Source: Nymphaea colorata (Eukaryota). From it: a stretch of DNA of 64,000 nt. The translations under genes were made by a program, and so were the position numbers. The stretch spans positions 37,944,001 through 38,008,000 of the forward strand of contig NC_045138.2 of the NCBI RefSeq assembly GCF_008831285.2, read 5' to 3'. Below, piece by piece: positions 13,301-24,700 of the stretch (its first letter is position 1; the number at the start of each line of letters is the position of its first letter). Below the pieces are notes generated by a model. That model was not told where the DNA came from and ran no database searches. It was given only the letters and a program-made list of their open reading frames with translations.

Positions 13301-14012
13301 ACCATAATCTGTGGCTCCAAGCAGGAGCTCCGGAGGTCGATACCACAGAGTCACTACACGACTTGTCAATGGCTGTTTCTGACCTGGAGAGAAAAATGTT
13401 GCCAGACCAAAGTCTGCTATCTTCAAGATGCCATTGTTGTCAATTAAAAGATTTGAACCTTTGATATCTCGATGCAGAATCCCACGACAATGACAATGGT
13501 CAAGACCACGTAACAATTGTTGCATAAAGCATTTGATCTGACCAAGGAATGCAACACTGTTAAGTTTTGCAGACATGCAAGAAATAACCTTCAGATATGG
13601 AGCTATATTATGTCTTTCTAATTCTCGTACCTGTGGTTCAGTGAACATTATACCAGGGTTGGATGCAAGACCAGCAAGGTCATGTTCCATATACTCGAAC
13701 ACAAGGTACAAGCTACAGGATATACGCGACGTTACTAAACCTTCCAATTTAATTACATTTGGATGGTCTAGCCTCCGCAGGATGTGAATTTCCCTTGCCA
13801 TGAAACGCACACTTTCAGGCTCCAAATTATCAAATCTAACCTTTTTTAAAGCTACAATTTTCCCACTATCAAGATCACGTGCTTTGTAAACATTACTGTA
13901 CGTTCCCTGTCCAATCTGCATCCAACAATTTGTCATGTCAAGTTTCTTCAAGTATAGATTGACTTCTTTGCAAGTGACAAGTATTTTTAATTTTTTCTCT
14001 TTTTTTTTTTGC

Positions 14013-14082
<70 letters not shown>

Positions 14083-14533
14083 GTTTTCTGTAGTGATCTG
14101 ACAAAGCGTACCGGGAAAAAAAAAAAACAAAGAGACTTACTTTGTTTAGCTTCTCGAAAGAATCAGCACGGCGCGGTATCCACCCCTTAATCGCTTCTCC
14201 GGCAACCCCTGCAAGCCAAGGAGGCCAACCAGCAGCCACCTGCTCCCCTTCCACACCCCTGGGCATACTTCTAACCCGTGGATGAAGGTTCGTAGTAGTT
14301 ACAGTGTGATCCCCCCTTAGCCGACCAGAACGACTATGTCTCTCCCTCTTCTCTGTATTATCATCGCTACCAGACCGCCCAAAGCCGCCTATTGCTTTCT
14401 CTGAGAGCACGGTGCCATTGGCAAGGACAGACCCACTGGTTTTTCTGGATGACGGTTTGCTTGTTCCTCTTCCTCCACGAGTCACCTGAGCCTCGTCAAC
14501 CCCAGAAGGTCTAAAACATAGGCAGCTCATCAT
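5934..14533 (-). CDS. Cyclin-dependent kinase-like Ser/Thr protein kinase (plant CDKL / At1g54610-type), 8 coding exons, 684 aa
   Basis: Exons on the minus strand, all GT-AG: 14533-14141, 13915-13631, 13537-13220, 11044-10817, 9720-9623, 8875-8761, 8138-7698, 6110-5934. Total 2055 nt, in frame, TGA at 5936-5934. Motifs: GEQVAAGWPPWL, IGQGTYSNVY, VALKK, ESVRFMARE (PSTAIRE-equivalent), HRDIKGSN, DFG, PLTSRVVTLWYRPPE, CDPSSLPKYPPSKE and C-terminal YSGPL...DQMLQDHERHIQEAVR. Confidence 0.95.
7335..7366. repeat. (TA)n microsatellite
   Basis: Perfect TA run. Similar runs lie near 12176, 21692, 22251, 31560, 44415, 58056 and 62041. Confidence 0.9.
14017..14082. repeat. (GA)n/(CT)n microsatellite, about 29 perfect units, in kinase intron 1
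   Basis: Uninterrupted GA run at 14017-14074 with an imperfect tail. Confidence 0.95.
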
Positions 14534-15722
14534 GGATTCCACGTCTATAAAGTCAGGCTCCTAGCCTCGTCCTCCGACATAAGCCCTCTGTTGCAATCAA
14601 GCTGATATGCATTATAATTCATCAGTCGGACACACTAACCATATGTTGCATGAATGGTCCACAAGATTTTTGTAGCTTCCAACCGCTGCTATTCTCAGCT
14701 CCTAAAGGCCCAGACCAACCACCCGTTTATGTATGCCTTAAACTTCAACTCCAAGCAATTAAGGCTCAGCTAATTCGTCCTTCTTTTTCTAGACTAATAT
14801 CCTTCAAAACATCAATGTTAAAAAATAGAACCAGAAAGAAGGCAAATTCCTTCTCTCAAAACTGAACATTAATTAAGCGTTCACCAATCCAAAGGAGCGC
14901 CGGCTCTTCAAACGCCAATGTGAACTAAAAACCAGTTACATCAACAAACTCAAGAAGTGAACTTTTGACCTTCAGGTTTCTCTCTTATAAAAAATAACGG
15001 ACAGCAACCGATCCAATTGCAAGTAACAAGTCAACAAACGTTCAGACAGGGATTACAAAAAAAACCATAGCATGCTTCAGGCCTTCACCACAACACTTCT
15101 AACTTTCCCAAGCACGTCCGCTCCAGCATGCCTCCGAGCCTTTCAATTCAAACACATCAACAAAATCAAAAAGTTAAAAACAGAACGCATCATAAAATCT
15201 AAAAGGAAAAGAAAAGCTATCTAGAACCTCAAGTCTAACAAAAGTTCCTACAGAAACTCATAATCCAAGGCGAAAAGCGCAAAACAAAGCCCTAGAAATG
15301 CCGCATTTCTTGCTTCCGCCTTGGATCACCAAAATACAAAGAAACTCCAAACTTCCCGATATCAGAACATAAAGAGACGCACCTTCCACCTCCAAACGGT
15401 CAACTACTCAAGCTCTGCAACGTATACCTCCTCAAATCCAGAAGATCATCGCATCCTTAAAACAGTTCTCAACCCCGAAATCCAAAGACCGAACCAGAGC
15501 TTGCACAGCCTTGCAGAACCGAAAGCCTCAATTGCCGACTTTCCGGCAAGCGCACAAACTAGGGTATTGTTCCCGGCGACTTCCTTCCGATTTCCGGCAT
15601 TATCAGGCGAGAAGCTGGGCCCGCTCTGATGGACGTAGCCGGAGCGACGCAACGGCCATAAGTAACGAGAAAACGAAGATGGCGATCGATGAAAATGAGT
15701 GTCCGCTTTCTCTCTCTTTCCA

Positions 15723-15730
15723 TATTTATA
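15723..15730 (-). promoter_or_regulatory. Putative TATA box of the CDK-like kinase gene
   Basis: TATAAATA on the minus strand precedes a GC-richer putative non-coding first exon. A candidate 5'UTR intron runs from a donor GAG|GTATAC near 15427 to an acceptor CAACAG| at 14588. Confidence 0.5.
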
Positions 15731-17340
15731 AGGCGCGCACTTTCTCGCGGGTATTCAATGTTCAACTTTTGACAAGAACGCCACCAATGACCCCAGTATT
15801 AACAACGATGCCATTCCTTCTTGACGAACTGCAATATCTGAATACGCACGCTTTTGTTTTGACTGGAGGAGCGTTGCCAGTGGGCAGGGCCGAAGGTTCG
15901 TTTGGGCCTCGCTCTTTTTCAAAATTCTTTATTTCAAAAAAAAAAAATTACATTTAAATGTTTAAAAACTTCACTTGTTTTATAAAAAATTTTGAAAAAA
16001 ATATTTCGACCTTAATCAAAATTTTAAAACGACATGAAAATTTTCTAGCTTCACCCGAGCCATGAGGACTGACCGAAGCAAAAGCGATGGACTCCTGTAA
16101 TGGACGGTCCTTTGATCATTCAGTCTCTTCAATAAAAAAATCAAAATTCTTTCTTTCATAACATAATTTAAATTTAAAAAATGAGAATAATGATTCTAAA
16201 ATTTCATTGATCATCACTCAGGCGGTGGGATTTCTTCTCGCCTTTTCAAGATAAGATAGAAATCAAAAATCTGGTTTTTTAGAAGTTATCTAAAACTAAT
16301 GTGTTCCTGTTTTGACATGGTTTTAGCATAATTGAAACTGATTTTTTAATTGTATAATATGAATTGATTGATGCATTTTACATCAATACCAACGATTGAT
16401 TCTTTTTTTATTTTCTCCATTTCAGGCTTATTTCTAGTCTTAGGGACGTGCTCGCCACAACTTGAAGGAATTATGATGTTGCATGATCCACTCTTCTCTG
16501 CATTATCTTTTGACCCTCCTAGCATCAGCCGCCAAGTAAGAGATTTAGGAAATATTCTAGTGATTCACTATGAGATGGCTGACATATTCGTTATTGACAA
16601 GGAGGCTACTAATCTGTGGCTTATTACATTCAACCGCATATTTTATTGATTCGGAGAGGAAACACCATGTACGTCAAGCGTGCCCATCACAAACCGAAAC
16701 AGCATTACACTAGTGTGGTTGTCAGATGCCATCACCTGGAATAGACTATAGAGGAGGAGAACTAAGAAAATCATTATTTTACAAAAATCAGCCAAATGTT
16801 ATAGGAGACGTTTGATTTGGGATTTTGATTTCAGAATCAAATTATCATCTCGACCTGAAATTGGAATGAAAATTTCAGCTTCATTTTTTCTTTTTTTGAG
16901 TTTGATAGTATGGAGTTTTGACTTTAGAATTAAAAATACCTTGTTTGACGAAAAGAAAATTAAAATTTTAAAATTCATGAATTAAAGTCTTCAAAGAGAG
17001 AGATGAAAACAATCCAGAATTCTGGGATCATAAGTTTGTAATTTTGATCATGGAATGAGTCTGTAATTCCATAATCAAAATTTTGAAATTCCCATTTTTA
17101 AAGAATGAGAATGATGATTCTAAAATTCCATTGATTCCAAGTAACTCAAAAACTAAGATTTTATTTGGAGAAACCACCTGTAAGATGAGGTATTATACTG
17201 GACAAAACTCCAAGGCTAGCTACTCCTCTTCCCCCAAGATAATCGCATACTTCAGCAAGAGCAAGAACTTGACATCTATGGAACTTGAACTAGTGACTGG
17301 CCCATTCAGGTGCTCTTTGCTCATTGGGGTACATTTTAGG

Positions 17341-17520
17341 TAGGGGCAGAGGCAGGTGTGCACATAGTGTAGGCAATTGCCCACACAGACTCACAAAAAG
17401 TGTTTGTTTAATATTGAAACTTCATGGCACCTTTTCTCATTTTCATACATGTGCTCTTCAAAATTTTAAAATTATATAACTAATGCCCGTTAATCAAAAA
17501 AATTTCTAACTCCACCCTTG
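17341..17520. mobile_element. MITE of the CAG(G/T)GGCGGAGC-ended type; related copies near 15877-16057 and 18060-18258
   Basis: The left end is taggggcagaggc and the right end aaaaaatttctaactccacccttg. The same right-end motif recurs at 18236-18258 (aaaaatttttagctccgccactg) and about 16039-16057. The segment aaaattt(t)aa...ta(a/g)tgccc.ttaatcaaaaa is shared between about 17460 and 18160. Confidence 0.65.
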
Positions 17521-20155
17521 ATTTTTGGCTAACTTTAGGAGTTTTGTGATATGAAAACCACAATTCACATCGCTGCCCTTTGTTTTTTTCCTTTCCCCGT
17601 ACAACATAAAGCATTCAAGTGGGGAATAACATCCCACTTTTGTTGTTTCCTATAAAACAATGATATCTCTAATGCAATGATGGCAACAATGGGCGATATA
17701 TCACTTTTCTTTAGCCTTTCAAAAGCATGTTTGGAAATCATTTGTCTCGTAAATCAAACACCGCAAAAGCTTTCCCTGAAGACCTGTCATTACGTAGTCC
17801 AGATTTCTTTGTGGCTATTTAGTTGATGCAATTAAGTCATCCCAGTGAGGCTTATATCTGCATGCAAACACGCCCTTATGTTGAAATACGTATAGGAGCT
17901 TGCCCAATGGCTTCTGAATAAAAGTATACCTAGGCGACTGGTTTCATTTATGAATAAATACACAAGTTTACATAGATCTGCATATGAGTGTCTTCCTCAA
18001 CTACAAACTTTACTAATTGATGTATATATTTGTGCCTCTTTCCCTTAAATTTCTAGCTCCACAAAGTAGCAGAAACGCACACCAGTCCACAAAAATTATC
18101 ATATTTACGTATTAACACATTATCAATTTTACTTATTTATGTACGAGTGCCCTGTGAAAATTAAAATTTAAGATACTAGTGCCCTTTAATCAAAAATTTC
18201 TGATTCCACGTATATATACGAGTGCGTCTTCAGCCAAAAATTTTTAGCTCCGCCACTGGCTCCACTACCTCTGGCGGCTCGCTTTTTGACTGGATAATGT
18301 AATCTAAGTGCTCAATTTAGGAAAAAAGGCCTTAATTTTTTTCATTTTTTCATTTTTTTTCTATGATTTTCTTTTTCTTCCTTTTGCTGTTTTGGATTCA
18401 CTTAAGCCGCTGCTTTGGCATTGTCTAGTCCACTTTTAAGGTCCACCGCCGATGCCCACGTAACTTTTGACTGTACAGTTAACTGCCAACATCAAAGGTG
18501 CACATCATCTTTCTTTAGAAAGGCTGAATCAAAGGGGAGACTTTCAAGGAGGGCACGGATAGCGGCCTTTGCCGATCACCTGATTCTTAGATTAAATAAA
18601 GAAAAGGTTTTTAAAAAAATACTAAGCATATTACTATACTGGAACGCATGACAGTGGTTGACTAAATTAACCGAAATCATTGAGCACAATAAGATATGTT
18701 TTCTACGGAAAATGGGGCAATGCATGAAATCGTGCTGCCCACGAGCCGCTGCTTCTGTGTCGAGCTCTAATGGAGGACGACTGCTCTTGAACCATGCAGA
18801 ACTATGAGGCGGCAACAGCATCATTGAATTAAACTGCGTCAGTGAGATCGAATTCAACTTGGACCGGTCTCAATCCATCTATCTTATTTTTTTATGAATC
18901 TTTAGTGGGCGAAGGCAACCAAGTGATATTTGAGAAGAATGTTATGCAATAATTATATAATGATTGATTTGTAAAGACGAGACCCACCCAGGTGAAACAC
19001 AGAAACTAGACCTCTTAATCTTGTGTTAAAAATATTATAAACAAAATGTGAACATCTCAACATGTTCATAAACACTAATTCAACGTAGATCGTGTTTTTA
19101 ATTCAAACAATAAATAACTTAATACGCGACAAACGTTTGTACGGCCTACTTCGAATATCTCGATCCGAGTTGCTTTAACTTGTTCCGGTTGTGTAGATAC
19201 GCTCAGCATAACCATAGAAAGACAGGCTAACCGATCATTTATTTTAACCCCAAAAAGAAATTATTGAGTCGAAAAAAATAGATGTGTTTTTTTGCATTAA
19301 TGTTTGAATCACAAAAAAAAAAAAAACTTGACACGCAATTGAATTCAGGGGACTCTAATGTCTTCTGAATCGAGGACACATACGTGTATAGAGAATATGA
19401 AATTGCCTGCACAACCGATTGTATAATTTCATCAATGACATGATGGATAATTGGAAACTTAACTTTTCCCACTTCTAAGCTTGAGTCCGAAAACATGTAA
19501 ATAAATATAATATTATCTTCAAAATATCAGCTATGATTCGTAAGCGGATCAATTCGTTTTGATTGCCTATTATGTAACTAACTCAGATTCAAATAACATT
19601 TTCGAAGATCAAAAGGGATGCAAGTGTTGGAACTTAGAGAATCTAAGTAGATGAGAAATTTGATCCTTTTGAATCTTGTACGGCAAAGGAAAAAAAATCC
19701 CAAAATTACATTATTGATTTTAGTGATAAAACAGAATTTACAGACCCACAAGATGGAAAAAATGAGAATCATGACTCCTGAAAAAACAAACACATGGCAA
19801 GCATGGATTCTATACGATGACCAATCCGTCTCAACCTCCGTTTAATTTCATATACACAAAGTACAACATTCAAAATATATCAAACAAAAATGAGAAAAGC
19901 CAGGGGAATTTTGAAAATGCGGAGTTCCGTTTTTTCCCCAGCCACATGGAGAACATGTACACAGCTTCAGCTCCTTGACGCAATGCCAAGGTCATCGAAA
20001 GATATCTCTGGAAGCCAGGGGGTATAGGAACAACCGACTAGGACACGAAGCAATTACATTTTATACATACATCGGATGCATGTACGTGCCTAAATATGCA
20101 CATAAAGGTATGTTTACCTATGTGCAAATTCATAGAGCCATGAAAACAAACGACA

Positions 20156-21688
20156 TTAGATTGCTATAGGTATGCTTTTCTGGCTTCCTAGCTGCTGCTT
20201 AATCTCCCATGATGCCACTGACTCTGCCTCCTCAGGAAGAATAAAAGGCAGCGAGATCTCTCTAATCATCAAATCACCGCAGAAAGGGCACTCGCTAGCT
20301 ATGGCATCATCTAGTTGGGACCGCATCTGCAGATATTCAAAGATAGGATAACAGGTGTTAGTGTCACTTCGTGCACACACATACATATATATATGTCGGA
20401 CAGATGAAAGATGGATAGGCTTGACAATGAGATCCAAGTAACCTTTTCTAAAGGGCTCATGCTAGTAGCAATGGACGTGGAGTCATCAACTATACCAGCA
20501 GCATCCTTCTGCCCTTGGTTACCCGAGAGAGTGAGCCTCTTCTGTAAATCTAGAATATATTCTGCCTGCAGCAATTCACAAAAGAATTTTAGACAAGAAC
20601 TAGATACACTCTCATGAATACTGAACGGCCTACTCCAGAACAGAAGCTGTGGTACAAACCAAAAAGCTTGAGGTTCCATATGAAGAAGAAAACTACTTTG
20701 TAAATAAATATGTCAATAAATGTCGACATTTATTCACTTATTTAAAGTGGAAATATCTGAATAATATGCTAAATAACAATAACTAACCAGCTTAATTATG
20801 TGGACACTTACTCTCGGAATCAAACTTAGTATGCTTGTCAGATTAGATCATTAGTACCCATATCCATATGTTCTTACCAGTGGCATGGTCATAGTAATTT
20901 TTTATAGAAAGTATAAATGTTGAAGGATGACCTTATTAGTGTCATGCACGGTTCTCCACACCAACATGATCACTTCTCTTTAACAATAACCGTTCAGCAC
21001 AAGAAATAACAAACATCAACAGATTCTTCATATGCTAGTTGAGTTGAGTGATTAGAAAAGGAGGTCCCAGCTAAAAATACTTGATTTTGATTTCTTTTCT
21101 TATTACCTCTACATTTTGCATCACATTGTCATTTTCTCACTTCAACAAACAAATCACCAAGTAGATTTTCTATTCTAGGTCTAAAACCATAATAAGCAAA
21201 ATCATTGCACTCTGCCATAAATTCATCTTCTCAGCCTGATTCTGAAGCTGGAAATATTCACTTAAACCGTAACTGGTAAAGGAGGCATCACTTTCCTAAG
21301 GCAGATTTAGACTACTTGGATGGGATCTATGGTTTGTGGTACAAAACAAATATCAGAGGAGGATAAACAAATATCCATAACATTCTTTGCAGCATTTTGC
21401 ATCATTACTCTTTAGAAAAATGCAAAAAATCACCAATCATAGTGATATAAGTTTGTTGTGTTTGAGTTGCAATTGTATGGTTCAACCATTAACTAGCTGG
21501 TCTGACTAGCCGACTAATCACTGGCCTCAAGGTCAGCAAGGTCTAGCTTGGGGACTAGTCAATGAACTAGGTCAAGCAGTTGGAGGACTAGTCATTGCCC
21601 AACCAGAGCATCTGAGGTAAGAATAAGATACATCTGGTTGTTTGTTTTGCGTTCTTCTTAAGGACAATTTTTGAAAGTTTGGCTTCTG

Positions 21689-21720
<32 letters not shown>

Positions 21721-24700
21721 CAGCCGAACATATCTGCATTATTTTAGCATTACCCTCATGTGATTTGAAGGTCAAACATCCACTATTTGCATTGCTCTTG
21801 TGTGTATCCATATTATTGTAACAAACATTGTTTTCGGGTATAAAGCGACGAGTTTTTTCTTGGCATAATACGGCAAAGTTGTTATTCTCATGAAAATCTC
21901 GGCAAAGTTTTAAAATCTAAAAAATTTTAAATAAAATGTGAAAAATGTGAAAATAAAATCTGATAATTAAAAATGAAAAAAGTGAAAACACAAAAAAAAA
22001 CTAAAAAAAAAAAACATGAAAAACGCAAAAAAGGGAATGAAACTCGAATAAAACGTGCTTTTTTCGCTTTTTTATTTTTACTTTTTAAAAAAAAAACGTG
22101 TTTTTTACCGTTTTTTAAGGCTGACTTATTTTTAACGTTTTCCTCACCTTTTTTTTCAATAAAATGAATTGTATGTGACAATGGTTTATCACATACAATA
22201 TATATATATGTTTGGCAACAGTTTATGGTGCTTTTAATGACATTTTAAATTATATATATATATATATATTGACAGTCAAGAATAACAATCTAACATCTTT
22301 GATTTCTTAGCATTAGCTTTTTGTGATTTGAAGGTAACAAAAATCCCCCTTATATATAACATACACATATAAGCCACTGACTGTTCCTGATTAATCCTTT
22401 TAGGGGTTTGACAGACATGTCTGGCTTCTGATTTGACAACTTAGGTTGCAATATCATTTCTAGTGTAGATAGCAGTCTACCATATTTGCTTTCTTTTAAA
22501 ATTACCCCTTAGTGATATGAAGGTCCAAGACAGAATAATGGGATTTAGCTCTTGCATGCCATATCCAATGCCTAGTGACTTGGACAGAATATTTAATTGT
22601 GAGGCAATTCAGAACAAAATCAGACTTTCTTTTTGTAGTTTTCATTAAAGGAGAACTTGTATGAAGAACTAGAAAGACTTTTTCCAATAAACATCTTCAG
22701 CTAAGGAGCCTTTGGAACATTCAATTTTGTTAAGCATATGATGTAAAGAAATAAAATACTGAAGCAGATTGAGAGCTCACCTGTGTGCGGTCAGTGCATC
22801 TGGTGACATGAGCAATGAGGCATTGTGCATGGAAGGCATGACCACAAGGAAAGACATAAAACGGTGCCAATGGCCCAACAGGTGCATAACCCCTTGATCT
22901 TGTTGAATTTCCTGCTATCAAAATCTTGCGCCCACATCCCTAAAAAATCACCCAAGAGCAGTTTCAGATAAAGTTACCAACATATCCTTATTCCTTGCAT
23001 ATCTGAAAGCAAGTCTATGCCCCATTTTTACCTGCTAGTATAACCATCCTTTCAAGTAAATCATACAATTTGATGGATGTTAATGGCAAAAAGAAACTAA
23101 CAACAATCGAACATAATGTTATAGAAAAATAGGATCTAAATGTGTGCAGGTCACCAACCAACATCATCAACTTTGATCAGGTGAAGGTCTATTATTGTGA
23201 TAAACAGCAGCTACACTGTCTTCCATCCCACTTTGAATGAAATCATCATGACTGATGATGGAAATATAAACAACCTAATCTGTTCCCCTCTCTAGATCAA
23301 GTGCAGCAATTATTTACATTCTTTCATACATGTTAACCTGGGAGTAAGCAGTCACCCTAACCCCATATTTTAATAATTTTTTGAGAAAATAATGCAATCA
23401 CACATAAAACTTATCAAATTTTTTCCTTGCTTGGATTCTTCATCAGACATAAAAGCACATACAAATTTCCCTTAAAAAAATACAAAAGATTATGATGGAA
23501 AGGAAGAGAAGTTTAATCCAAGACATCGCCTTTCCTTTTTCTACCTTTTATTTAAGAGGCTAATGTAGGCAACCCAAGAAGGAATACCAACATTCTTCAA
23601 AGCCTTTTGCCAATAAACTCTAGAAACTATAAAAGAACCATGTTTTATTTGACTGCCTGTTCATTTCCGACAAACACTAATGAAATTCACTTTTCTTTTA
23701 ACATATGCAATTCTTTCTTGAGGCATTTTTTCAGTGAACATCTATAGACTATAGCAGTACTTGACCACCCATAACTGCAAAAAAAATAGTACCAGCAAGT
23801 CCTAAAATGAGCAAAAAGACTGAAAAGATGATGCGTTAAATGCAATGGAAAAAAAGAGAAACTTCAGGATGGGAAATTCTTTTACTAAGGCTTGACAACT
23901 TTCAGTTTGTACAAGATCTTGAATTGGGGTAGAGCATGTAGCCTAAAGGGAACAAACCATAGCTTCTGTAAGTGTAAATAGTACAGAGTTCCAAAGTGAT
24001 ACCCCACACTCTTCATCAGGACCGACGACAGCATATCTCTGAGTAAGGGCACTAATATCACTTCTTATATTATCAGCACCATGTGTTGCATCATTCATCT
24101 CCTGCTTCAGCAGTTCTATTTGCTTATTGTAGTCCTCTAATGATGAACAGATAGCCTCCTGCAAGGCACAAGATCAATGATTAATAAACCAACATATCAA
24201 CATATGCATAAGAATAAGAATACAAATACTTTAAGCAATGGAAGGAGAGACAAGGTGTCAGAAAAGAGAAGGAAAAGAGGTGAGAGAAAGAGACAGCTAT
24301 GTCAAAGTGCAGTATACACACACGCGTCCTTAAAATCAGGATCAACATATGCTATAAATCTTGGTTATTGAAAGTTGAAACATCAAAACTCAAAATGCTG
24401 CTTCGATGCAAGGGGACAGAATAACCCTGTACCATGCAGTTTCATACTTGAGAAAACAGAAAGGCAGTCTAAAGATTTTTATACATTTCTTTGTTTTGAA
24501 GCAGATGTATATGATACACAAAGCGTTGAACTTTTTGACTTCATCAACAGAAGCTCATGCCTATCTTAGGCCTTCAGAAGTTCATGCCTATCTTAGGCCT
24601 TCGGGAGTTCACTCCTGGGAACCACTTCAAAAGCAAGAAACTTGCCTCTCTTCTTTTGGGCAGCATGGTCCCAAGAACATCAAGTTTTCAACATAGAAAC

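Noticed and set aside
13139..14542. 467-aa ORF as a complete single-exon kinase
   Set aside because: It reads through two canonical GT-AG introns and lacks the later kinase subdomains, which lie in downstream exons (11044-10817 onward).
15321..19845. Short ORFs between the kinase and VPS18 (and at 60225-63907) as genes
   Set aside because: No recognisable domains and no splice-consistent exon chain; several overlap MITE remnants or promoter/UTR sequence.
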